From: an archaeon
Lineage (GTDB): Archaea > Micrarchaeota > Micrarchaeia > Norongarragalinales > UBA97
Length of the DNA: 61,366 nucleotides
NCBI GenBank assembly: GCA_020057405.1
Contig: JAGVFW010000009.1
Location: 1-61,366 of the forward strand
Direction of reading: 5' to 3'
The position numbers and the translations under genes are program-made. Positions 44,425 through 52,845 of the stretch are shown piece by piece (position 1 is the first letter of the stretch; every line of letters begins with the position of its first letter). The notes beneath the pieces were generated by a model. It made no database searches. It was given only the letters and a program-made list of their open reading frames with translations, and was not told the DNA's origin.

Positions 44425-45959
44425 GTAAGGCATTGTTCTTGATTACGGAACTGCACAAGCCAGTCGGTGGCCTCTACCGGTTCACTACCGAGCTATTGCC
44501 CGCCTGGCGTGCCGCTTTTGCAAGAGGAGAATGCACCTACGAACCGCTTGTGCTTAGCGTGCGCGACCCGCGCGCACCGTTAGGCGACCTTCGCGAGAGC
44601 AAGAAGATGAAGGCAGTTGCTGACGGGGCCGGAGTGGAAATCTTTGAGGCGGTCCGCGGCGGCGAGACTTGCTACTTCATCGACAAGACAATGGACGGCC
44701 CTGAGCGAAACGACTTCCACAAACTATTGTGGGACAAGTACCGCATTCAGAGCGAGAAAGCAAGCGGCTGGGCGGACTACGCCGTTCTCAACACGTTTTG
44801 GAAGTACGCGCCTATCGTTGCGACCGCGCTTGTAAAGGAGGGCGAGAAGATTAGCGTGATTGACGCGCAGGATTGGCTTGCGTTCCCCGCCGGCTTCCTT
44901 TGCGCCGAGGCGCTTGGAAAGGCGCTTAACTGTAGGTTCCACAGCGGCGAGTTCGGCCGCTCGCTTGGGAATCCCGACCTGTCTTCGGCACCCGTGCAAA
45001 TCGAGAGAGCGGCGCTCCAGGAAGCGGATTTCGTCCAGGGAGTCAGCGTTGGTGAGGCGAAGTTCGAGCTCTACCACCTCTTGCCGCTCAAAAACGAGTT
45101 GTACAACCAACTCAAGGACTCTCGGTCCGCGGCGTGGCGGGAGGAGCAGGAATGGAAGACCGGGCTTTACGAGGAGTTCTTGTTGCTTGAGTCAGAGGGC
45201 TTAGAGCTTCTTGGCAGAAACGCCGGCGGCTTGCCCAACGGCATCATCATCGACGGTTGGGACACGGTGACAAAGGCGGATGTGAAAAAAGGCCGAAAGG
45301 CGCTCGAGCGGCTTTTGCCCGGAAAGAAAAAGTACGTGCTCTTCATCGGCCGCGCGGAGTACCGAAAAGGCATCGACCACTTGCTTGAGGCATTCGCCTT
45401 GCTTGGCGATAAAGACACGGGACTCATCATCAGCTCGGTCCTTAGCGAGCCGGAACTAAACAGGTTGCTTCTAAAGGCGTCAAACCTCGGCATTGCTGAA
45501 CGGGTGCGCGTGTCTAACGGCTGGTTGGACGAGGAAATGAAGAAGCCCATGTTCTGCGCTGCCGAAGTGATTGCGCTGCCGTCGCTTTACGAGCCGTTCG
45601 GCATCGTCACCCTCGAGGGCCTCGCGGCCGACTTGGCTTGCGAGAAAAACGGGCTTCGCGGTCCGGCAGTCATCGTTGGCGACACGGGGGGCATGCGCGA
45701 GGTCATCAAAAACGGCGTCAACGGCTTTAAAGTGCCGCTAGAGGAAGGCCGGTTTGACATGAACCCGGCGTTCATGGCCAAGATTCTCTCAATTGTGCTA
45801 ACAAACGAAGAGATTGCGCGCAACATTTCAAAGGGCGGCGGACAGCGCGTGATGAACCCGGACTTCAACTGGGAGCATGTTGCAACGCGGGTCTCCGAAA
45901 TCTACAAGCGCGCCATCGCCAACCACGCAAAATGGGAAGCGGCACTGAGGGTGAAATGA
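44421..45959 (+). CDS. GT4 glycosyltransferase
   Basis: VGGL, QDW, FIGRAEYRKG, PSLYEPFGIVTLEG. Confidence 0.85.
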   Translation: MSKALFLITELHKPVGGLYRFTTELLPAWRAAFARGECTYEPLVLSVRDPRAPLGDLRESKKMKAVADGAGVEIFEAVRGGETCYFIDKTMDGPERNDFHKLLWDKYRIQSEKASGWADYAVLNTFWKYAPIVATALVKEGEKISVIDAQDWLAFPAGFLCAEALGKALNCRFHSGEFGRSLGNPDLSSAPVQIERAALQEADFVQGVSVGEAKFELYHLLPLKNELYNQLKDSRSAAWREEQEWKTGLYEEFLLLESEGLELLGRNAGGLPNGIIIDGWDTVTKADVKKGRKALERLLPGKKKYVLFIGRAEYRKGIDHLLEAFALLGDKDTGLIISSVLSEPELNRLLLKASNLGIAERVRVSNGWLDEEMKKPMFCAAEVIALPSLYEPFGIVTLEGLAADLACEKNGLRGPAVIVGDTGGMREVIKNGVNGFKVPLEEGRFDMNPAFMAKILSIVLTNEEIARNISKGGGQRVMNPDFNWEHVATRVSEIYKRAIANHAKWEAALRVK

Positions 45960-46174
45960 TGGAAAGCACTTCCGGGGACTATTTTGGCAAGAAAGCCGGC
46001 GCAGTGTGGAAGGCGCTAAAGGAAAACGGGCCGATGGGAATCGCAGGCCTCAAGAAAAAGACCGGGCTTGCCGAGCGCGACGCTTACGCCGGCCTCGGGT
46101 GGCTTGGCCGCGAAGGGAAAATCCGCATAATCGGCGATAGGCCGATGAACTACAAGTTCTCGCTGATAGAATGA
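45956..46174 (+). CDS. DUF2582-type winged-helix protein
   Basis: FGKKAGAVWKAL...GLGWLGREGKI. Confidence 0.8.
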   Translation: MMESTSGDYFGKKAGAVWKALKENGPMGIAGLKKKTGLAERDAYAGLGWLGREGKIRIIGDRPMNYKFSLIE

Positions 46175-48216
46175 AAGAAACCGAAGCCGAGATTGACATC
46201 CGAGAAAAACGCGACTGGAGTTACGGCCGCAACACTCGCGTGCTTTTGCGAAACGCTGTTGCCGAATTCGGCGCAAGCGCGTTTAGCGTGCGGCTTGGCG
46301 ACTACTGGTGCCCCAACCGCGACTACGGTCACGAGGGACTTTGCGCAAACGAGGACGGCGAGAACTGGAAGTACGCAGACGCAATTGCATTTTGCCTCCT
46401 AAAGGAAGGCCACGCGCTTGAGCTTGCGCCGCAAAAAGTCGTCGCGTCGCCGCTGAAAGCCGACTACCACTACGAATTCGACGGCGGCAGCCTTGTCGTC
46501 AGCTACTATCTTCTTGAAAAATCAAGCGAGCCGACGCTAAGCGTTGCCTTTAGCGTCACGGGCGGCCGCGGCCTGTGCTTAAGGCTAAAGCCAATTGCAG
46601 ACATCCGCTCCATGAACGCTGACAGCGCCCCGCTTGAGACCGCGGTTACTGCGGAAGCAAATGGTCTGCGCATCAGCCGGGCGGGAAGGTCGATGGCGGT
46701 GCGCTCGCTTAACACTTGTGCCGAGCCAGTTGCAACCCCGCAAGTTATCGAGTGGTCCTACAAGCTCGGCAGTGGGGAGCGGACGCAGACGGCCAATGGT
46801 ACTGAATTCATTGGCGAGAAAAGGCAAGTTGTCGTCGCCGGAATGATGGAATGCGAATTCAAGCGCGGGGCAGTCGAGGTGCTCGTCTCCTGCGATGGCG
46901 CGAAAAAGAACGCCGGATGGCCAGGACGAAAGGACGACTACAAAAACGAGGTTGCAAAATACCTGCTTTTCAAAAAGCAAGTTAGGAACCTCAGGGAAGC
47001 CGCCTCGCAGGAGTGGGGCGCGGCCAAGGCAATGCAGCTTGAGGCGCGCGCCTATTGCCTTGCAAACAAGTTCGCGTGGAAAGTCGGTGGAAAAAACGCC
47101 CTTGACGCGGGCGCATTCTGGTTTCGGAACGCGTGGCTCAGGGACGCGGCGTTTGCCCTAGCTGCCGACGCGAAGTTTTTCAACTTAACTGAAAAGCGCT
47201 GGGCAACGCAACTAATTTCCGAAATATTTTCGCAGGCGACCGACGGCGTCGTGCCGTCGATGGCGGGGGGGAACGCGTGCGTTGACGCAACGCCGCTTGC
47301 GGCACTGGCGGCATTCGGGGCGGGTAACGAAAAACTCGCGCGGACCGCGGGTAAAATGCTTACGCAATTTGCGCAAAATTCGCACGAGCACGGAATTTTC
47401 GTTTGCGAAAACGGGTTGCTCTCGTGCCCGCCGAGCTACTCGTGGCGGGATTCAAGGCCGTGGGGCCAACACGCAGGCCTTCGCGTGCAGGTGCCAACTG
47501 CCCTGCCATCCGAGTGGGTCGAACCCATTCTCAGCAAGGCGCGTGACGCGGTCCACGGGCAGGAATTGCTTGACGCGCCCGTTTACTTGCTTGACGCTAA
47601 TGCTCTTTGGGCCGCGGCCATCGAGGCGGCAGAAGCTGCAGGCGTTGCGGAGGGCTTGCCGCACCCGCTTGACGTGCTCCAGTCAATCAAGGAGAACTTC
47701 CGCTCGGATGGGTTTTTGTCGCATATTGCAAGCGAGGAATTCGGGCCTGCCGGAATTGAGAACAGTTCCTGCATTCAGGCGATGGCGCTTTTGCCGCACG
47801 TTTTTTCTGAAGAGGACAAAAAGCGCGCGCTTGCGGTAGCCGAGGAAAAACTTTTCGTCAAGAGGCAGGGCAAGCTCTTCGGGCTCTTGTCAATCAACTC
47901 TGACGAGCGCGTGTTTTACGGCGACGGGCAGTACCACGGCGCGGTCGTCTGGCCGCGGGAAAGCTACTATCTCGCAAAGTTCTTGCTCGAAATGGGCGAG
48001 ACGAAACTCGCGGGAGAGTTGTTGGAAGCGCAACTCGAACACCAGACGCAGGAAGGAACAATGTTCTACAACGCCGAGCTCTTCGCGCTGCCAGAGGGAA
48101 GGAACCTGTTTCCCGAAGAAGAAACTGCAAGCGACCCCGTGCCGGTGAAGAACCCCGCGCAAATGTGGAGCGGCTGGATGGCGCCGTACTACGACTATCT
48201 CGCAGTCAAGGATTGA
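46171..48216 (+). CDS. amylo-alpha-1,6-glucosidase (glycogen debranching enzyme)
   Basis: AG..WF..WLRD, VDATP, SWRD, YHG.VVWP, AELF, QMWS. Confidence 0.8.
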   Translation: MKETEAEIDIREKRDWSYGRNTRVLLRNAVAEFGASAFSVRLGDYWCPNRDYGHEGLCANEDGENWKYADAIAFCLLKEGHALELAPQKVVASPLKADYHYEFDGGSLVVSYYLLEKSSEPTLSVAFSVTGGRGLCLRLKPIADIRSMNADSAPLETAVTAEANGLRISRAGRSMAVRSLNTCAEPVATPQVIEWSYKLGSGERTQTANGTEFIGEKRQVVVAGMMECEFKRGAVEVLVSCDGAKKNAGWPGRKDDYKNEVAKYLLFKKQVRNLREAASQEWGAAKAMQLEARAYCLANKFAWKVGGKNALDAGAFWFRNAWLRDAAFALAADAKFFNLTEKRWATQLISEIFSQATDGVVPSMAGGNACVDATPLAALAAFGAGNEKLARTAGKMLTQFAQNSHEHGIFVCENGLLSCPPSYSWRDSRPWGQHAGLRVQVPTALPSEWVEPILSKARDAVHGQELLDAPVYLLDANALWAAAIEAAEAAGVAEGLPHPLDVLQSIKENFRSDGFLSHIASEEFGPAGIENSSCIQAMALLPHVFSEEDKKRALAVAEEKLFVKRQGKLFGLLSINSDERVFYGDGQYHGAVVWPRESYYLAKFLLEMGETKLAGELLEAQLEHQTQEGTMFYNAELFALPEGRNLFPEEETASDPVPVKNPAQMWSGWMAPYYDYLAVKD

Positions 48217-48219
48217 AAG

Positions 48220-48240
48220 CACTCAACCTGCACTTAGACT
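48220..48240 (-). repeat. copy of intergenic motif A (cactcaacctgcacttagact)
   Basis: Matches 12926-12946 except at two positions; lies between convergent stop codons. Confidence 0.75.
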
Positions 48241-48244
48241 AAAC

Positions 48245-49669
48245 TTAAACTTTTTCAGCAGCGGCCATCACTTGGAGCGCGAGCAGGTCGTTGCCCCAGC
48301 CGGTTGAGATTTGGAGGCCAACGGGCATCTTCTCTTTTGCGTGCAGCCCTGCGCTTACCGAACCTGCTGGCGTGCCAGCGCAGTTTGCGGGCGTGGTCAG
48401 CACGTCGGCTAAGTACATTTGAATCGGGTCCTGCTGGCGTTCACCCATTTTCCACGCGACCATCGGCGCGGTCGGGCCTAGGATGACGTCGTAGTTGGCA
48501 AACGCCTTTGCGAACTCTTTTTTGAGCACGCTTCGCGCGTGAAGCGCTTTGGTGTACCACGCGTCGCGGAACTCTTTTGAAGTCACGTAAGAGCCTAGAA
48601 GGATGCGGCGCTTGACTTCGGGACCGAAGGCCCTGTCGCGCACGGTGCTTACTGCCTCAGCGAGGTCCTTGCTTTCCTCCCACTTCATGCCGAACTTGAG
48701 GCCGTCGTACTTTTGCATTGCTGAGGAGAATTCGGAAAACGCGAGCAGGAAGTAGATGGGGAGGGAGTACTTGAGCGACGGGAGGGAAAACTCCTCGATG
48801 GAAAAGCCGTCGTGGGCGGACTCGAGAGCCTTGATTTTTTTCCACACGAGGTCTGCAACGCCCTCGTCGCAACCTGAGAAGAATTCCTTTGGCACGCCAG
48901 CGCGGATTTCTCTCGGCATCGAGTCAAGCTTGTGGACAAATTCCGTGCGTTTGGTGCCCTTGGTCGTCGCATCGTGCCAGTCCTCTCCCGAAATGGTGTC
49001 GACGAGCATCGCGCAGCTAAGCGCGTCGGGTGCAAGGGGGCCGAGCTGGTCAAAGCTCATTGCGAGGTCGATTATGCCGTAGCGCGAAACTGTGCCATAG
49101 GTTGGCTTGAAGCCGGCGGCGCCGACGAAAGCCGCGGGCTCGCGGATGCTGCCGCCAGTGTCCTCGCTAAGCGTCAGGTCGCAGAAGCCCGCCGCGACTG
49201 CTGCGGCACTCCCGCCGCTTGAGCCGCCGGGAACGCGCGTCTCGTCAAGGGGATTGTGCGTCACGCGAAGGGCGCTTTTGCTGCAGTCGCTGCCGCAGGA
49301 AAACTCGTCGAGGTTTGTTGAGCCGATGATGATGCCGTCTTCCGCGATGATGCGCTCGACTGCGGTTGCGCTGTAGGGGGCGACGTAGTGCTCAAGCATT
49401 TTCGAACCGCAGGTGAGACGATGGCCCTTGATGGCGACGCTGTTCTTGATTGCGATTACGAGGCCGCCTAGGGCGCCGAGTGGCTTGCCGCTTTTCAGTT
49501 TGGAATCAACGCGAGCAGCGTGCTCGCGGGCCATTTCTGGAAAGACGTCAATGAAGGCACCTAGGCTATGGTCGCGTTTTTCGATTTGCGTAAGGAAGTG
49601 CTCGAGACGCGCAGAAGCTCCCTTTGACTTGATTTCGCCAAGCGCTTTTGCGGTTCTTGATTCGTGCAT
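48245..49669 (-). CDS. gatA: Asp/Glu-tRNA amidotransferase subunit A
   Basis: Amidase signature GGSSGGSAAAV, DTGGSIR, KPTYG, FGPEVKRRILLG, MYLADVLT. Confidence 0.93.
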   Translation of the reverse strand: MHESRTAKALGEIKSKGASARLEHFLTQIEKRDHSLGAFIDVFPEMAREHAARVDSKLKSGKPLGALGGLVIAIKNSVAIKGHRLTCGSKMLEHYVAPYSATAVERIIAEDGIIIGSTNLDEFSCGSDCSKSALRVTHNPLDETRVPGGSSGGSAAAVAAGFCDLTLSEDTGGSIREPAAFVGAAGFKPTYGTVSRYGIIDLAMSFDQLGPLAPDALSCAMLVDTISGEDWHDATTKGTKRTEFVHKLDSMPREIRAGVPKEFFSGCDEGVADLVWKKIKALESAHDGFSIEEFSLPSLKYSLPIYFLLAFSEFSSAMQKYDGLKFGMKWEESKDLAEAVSTVRDRAFGPEVKRRILLGSYVTSKEFRDAWYTKALHARSVLKKEFAKAFANYDVILGPTAPMVAWKMGERQQDPIQMYLADVLTTPANCAGTPAGSVSAGLHAKEKMPVGLQISTGWGNDLLALQVMAAAEKV

Positions 49670-49675
49670 TGAAAA

Positions 49676-50035
49676 TCACATGCTTTTTGGCGAGAGCATT
49701 TCGCCGGAATCTTTCTTCTTGGCGAATTGCGAGCGGATGCCGGCGGTGTTGTCGAAAGCCTTGGGCTCATCCTTTCGAAGAACCGTGTTCTGGTTTTTGA
49801 CGTAGTAGAGCTCGCCCTCGCCAGCCCCCTGGACTTCGCTTATTGTTGAGAGGTAGTCGAGTATGAGGTTGAGGTCTTTTCCGAACTTTTCGGCTTCGGC
49901 GTCGGAGAGCTTGAGGCGCGAGATTTCTGCAGTGCGCGCTAGCGTCTCTGCGTCAATTGCTTGGGCTGCCCCGGGTTTTGAAGCGGGCTTGGATTTGGGA
50001 GCTGGGGTGGAGTTTGCGGCTGTTTCTTTTTTCAT
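49676..50035 (-). CDS. gatC: Asp/Glu-tRNA amidotransferase subunit C
   Basis: AEISRLKLSDAE..KF.KDLN.ILDY...LRKDE; adjacent to gatA. Confidence 0.85.
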   Translation of the reverse strand: MKKETAANSTPAPKSKPASKPGAAQAIDAETLARTAEISRLKLSDAEAEKFGKDLNLILDYLSTISEVQGAGEGELYYVKNQNTVLRKDEPKAFDNTAGIRSQFAKKKDSGEMLSPKSM

Positions 50036-51555
50036 ACAAATGCCTCCACGTCCTCGGCGCTCACTTGCCTTTTCGCGCCTTCCTCGAACTTCTTCGCAAG
50101 TTCCTCTAGCCCGGCGCCTTTTCTGCCCTGCGAGGTCTTGCGCCTGCGGACTTGGATGAACACGGGTTGGTTGACGGCTTCGCCGAATAGGATGCCCTCG
50201 CCGACTGCTAGAGTTGTGATTTGTCCGGACAGGTCGGAATCGATTGACTCGCAGCTTTGTGAAATGTGCTCGATGTCGTACGGGTTGGTGACGCGGAAGA
50301 TTAGGAAAGTGTTTAGCTGCGAGAGGGCGGTTGTCGAGAGCTGCACCGGCCTTTGGCTCACGAGGCAAATGGAGCAGCCGAACTTGCGGCCCTCGCGGGC
50401 TATCTTGTTGATGATGGAGCGGGCGATTGCCGCGCCCTTTGGCACTTGGTTGGGCGCGAAGTTGTGCGCCTCTTCGACGATTAGGAGGACGGGTGGAATT
50501 TTTTCTTCCTGGCGGAACTTGAAGAGTTTTTGGGCGAAGTAGGATACGATGACTTGCTTTCTCTTCTGGTCGGTCAGGCCGCTTAAGTCAAAGACGACGA
50601 GCCTGCCGGGCTTGACTAGCTCCTTGACTGCGGGGTAGTCGGCGAGGCCGAAGAGACGCAGGAACTTTAGTTCGGAAAGCCAGCCGACAAGCGGACCTTT
50701 CACGTTCTTGTCCATGTCGGAAGCCTCGACAGAAGCGATTACATCGCGAAGCGAGTACGCCTTTTGCTCGGTGCGCATGCGCTTTTTGAGGCCGAAGAGG
50801 AGTTTTGAAAGCTCGCGGCGCGCTGCGGGGCTCATGTCTGGCATGAACTCTGAAAGCATGCCGGGCGAGACTTTGTGGAGCGCAACTTGCAGTTTGCTCG
50901 CGTCGATTACGGTCGTCTTTGACGCATACTGGGGGTTGGCTCGCTTGTCGCCAAAGCACGAGTACTCGCCGTGCACGTCGAAAATGACTACTGCGATGCG
51001 GCCGTTCTCGATAGGCCGGTCTAGGAGCTCCTCGACGAGGACTGTCGCGGCGTTGCTCTTGCCGCTGCCACTTTTGCCAAGCAAACCGAAGTGTTTTTGG
51101 AGAAGGCCGTTTAGGCTGACGCGCGCGGCCAGGTCGTGCTGGAGCACTTTGCCGAACTCGAGGCCTTTGTCGTCGATGCCGACGAATTGCTTTAGCATGC
51201 TAAGCTCGACTTCGGATACTTTAGTGCCAGGCGAGGGCGGGTAGGTTGCTCGCACGAAGCCTTCGTTCCAGGCGCCCATCACGCGGCATTGCGCCACTAC
51301 GTACTCCCATTCGGCAGTCGGGAGTTCTGCCATGAATGCCTTGCCGCCGTTTTTTTCGTAGACACTCACGCTTTCCGGGCGTTCGAAGTAGCGGTTGGCG
51401 CGGAAGAGGTCCTTCACAAGCGCGATTGTAGTGCCTAACTCTGTCTCAAGAGCCACGAACTGGCCGCGCCTAACGCCGTCGGCCGTGACGACGAAGGAGA
51501 ACTCCTGCGTGCTGGGGCCCTCTGGAGTTGCAACGACTAAACCGAGTTCCTTCAC
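50032..51555 (-). CDS. herA: HerA-family DNA translocase ATPase
   Basis: HAS-barrel N-terminus, GKSGSGKS, FDVHGEY, VEEAHNFAP, IAREGRKFG, SQRP. Confidence 0.88.
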   Translation of the reverse strand: MKELGLVVATPEGPSTQEFSFVVTADGVRRGQFVALETELGTTIALVKDLFRANRYFERPESVSVYEKNGGKAFMAELPTAEWEYVVAQCRVMGAWNEGFVRATYPPSPGTKVSEVELSMLKQFVGIDDKGLEFGKVLQHDLAARVSLNGLLQKHFGLLGKSGSGKSNAATVLVEELLDRPIENGRIAVVIFDVHGEYSCFGDKRANPQYASKTTVIDASKLQVALHKVSPGMLSEFMPDMSPAARRELSKLLFGLKKRMRTEQKAYSLRDVIASVEASDMDKNVKGPLVGWLSELKFLRLFGLADYPAVKELVKPGRLVVFDLSGLTDQKRKQVIVSYFAQKLFKFRQEEKIPPVLLIVEEAHNFAPNQVPKGAAIARSIINKIAREGRKFGCSICLVSQRPVQLSTTALSQLNTFLIFRVTNPYDIEHISQSCESIDSDLSGQITTLAVGEGILFGEAVNQPVFIQVRRRKTSQGRKGAGLEELAKKFEEGAKRQVSAEDVEAFV

Positions 51556-51636
51556 GCAAGAAATTAGTTTCCCAAGCTTTAAATAACGGGCGAGGGGAGT
51601 TTGCCGGGGAGGGGGGTAAAATGGTTGAAGGAAAGG

Positions 51637-51744
51637 CGGGGCCACGGGGATTTGAACCCCGGACTGAAGCTGTTTGCCTCACGGGCTTGCCTAAACCGCG
51701 TGAATTCGCAAGCTCCTGTTTTATCCAGGCTGAACTATGGCCCC
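51637..51744 (-). tRNA. tRNA-Arg(GCG) with 34-nt intron at 37/38 (51672-51705); CCA not encoded
   Basis: Acceptor GGGGCCA/TGGCCCC, anticodon stem GGAGC/GCTTC with TT-GCG-A loop, T-arm CGGGG-TTCAAAT-CCCCG, bulge-helix-bulge via TTGC/GCAA. Confidence 0.92.
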
Positions 51745-51845
51745 GCGTAAAGACGGGCGTAGTAATAGTGGTTGGAAACGTATAAAAGCCTCCTGCGGGC
51801 TCAATTATTTTGCTGGTTCTATTTCAGCAAGAGAGTGGTTTCAAA

Positions 51846-52013
51846 ATGACTAAACAAAGGACTGTGTGCAAGAGCTGCGGTCGCAGCGACTTTTCCCTAG
51901 TGTCTTTCGCCTGCCCGGCAGAAGGGTGCAGCGGCAAGATTGTGCGCTGCAAGGCATGCAAGGAAAACGAGAATCCCTACAAGTGCAGCGAGTGCGGCTT
52001 CAACGGCCCATAG
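51846..52013 (+). CDS. small double Zn-ribbon protein (DUF1610/HVO_2753-like)
   Basis: CKSC...FACP...C...IVRCKAC...YKCSECGFNGP; family normally found near aEF-1beta. Confidence 0.85.
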   Translation: MTKQRTVCKSCGRSDFSLVSFACPAEGCSGKIVRCKACKENENPYKCSECGFNGP

Positions 52014-52026
52014 AGACTCAAAGCAG

Positions 52027-52488
52027 ATGGCGAAGCAAAAGCCCGTCGTGGTCTTCGTTGCCGGCACTTTCGACGGCCTTCACGCGGGACATGTCAAGCT
52101 CTTCGAGTTTGCGCGAAAGAAGGGCGCACAGCTGCAACGCAAGCTCAAGCGCCGGGGCACCAAACTCCACGTTATTGTCGCTCGTGATTCAAGCGTGCGC
52201 AAGTGGAAGGGTAAGCCTCCGGTGCAGAACGAGCGTGAGCGGCTGTCGGTTGTAAGCGCACTTAAGGGCGTCAATGCGGCAATGCTCGGCCACCCGTCTG
52301 ACTTCTTTGAGAGTGTAAGAAAAATCAGGCCTGACTTGATTGTCTTGGGCCATGACCAGGGCGGGGCTCAAATCGTCAAGCGGCTAAGCGCCCTTGGCTT
52401 TGGCCTTGTCGTGCGCTGCAAGCCGTTTAACCGTGCACGATTGCATTCAAGAAACTTAAGAGAAAGAAAATTCCACAAGAATATTTGA
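52027..52488 (+). CDS. ribL: FAD synthase (cytidylyltransferase family)
   Basis: AGTFDGLHAGH, VIVARD, KG..P...E.ER, PDLIVLGHDQ. Confidence 0.8.
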   Translation: MAKQKPVVVFVAGTFDGLHAGHVKLFEFARKKGAQLQRKLKRRGTKLHVIVARDSSVRKWKGKPPVQNERERLSVVSALKGVNAAMLGHPSDFFESVRKIRPDLIVLGHDQGGAQIVKRLSALGFGLVVRCKPFNRARLHSRNLRERKFHKNI

Positions 52489-52498
52489 GGTGCTGTAA

Positions 52499-52744
52499 AT
52501 GGGTAAAGTCATCACAGTAATGAAAGTCTTTCCCGACGAGGGCGTCACGCTAACTGAACTCTTGACTAAAGTCAAGATGGTTGACGGCTGCATCAAGGCC
52601 GAAATCGCCGAATACGTCTTTGGCGCGAAAATCATCCAGGCGAGCTTCCAGTGCGAGGACGCGGCACCACGTGATTTCGAAGAGGAAGTCACCAAAATCG
52701 CGGGCGTCAGCGGCTGCCAAGTTGATGAAGTCGGGCTAGTCTAG
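52499..52744 (+). CDS. ef1b: translation elongation factor aEF-1beta
   Basis: MGKVITVMKVFP...YVFGAK.I...EE...I.GVS..QV. Confidence 0.85.
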   Translation: MGKVITVMKVFPDEGVTLTELLTKVKMVDGCIKAEIAEYVFGAKIIQASFQCEDAAPRDFEEEVTKIAGVSGCQVDEVGLV

Positions 52745-52845
52745 GCTCTCCGCCTGATTTCGCCGCATTATGTTAGAACTGCGAGCCGGCAGGCTGGTTG
52801 GGCATAGCATAATTAATTTCGGCCGGGAACTAACACCCGAGGACA

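Noticed and set aside
50036-50368. Long N-terminal extension of gatC (230-aa ORF)
   Set aside because: It overlaps herA in another frame; ATG 50035 gives the typical 4-nt coupling.
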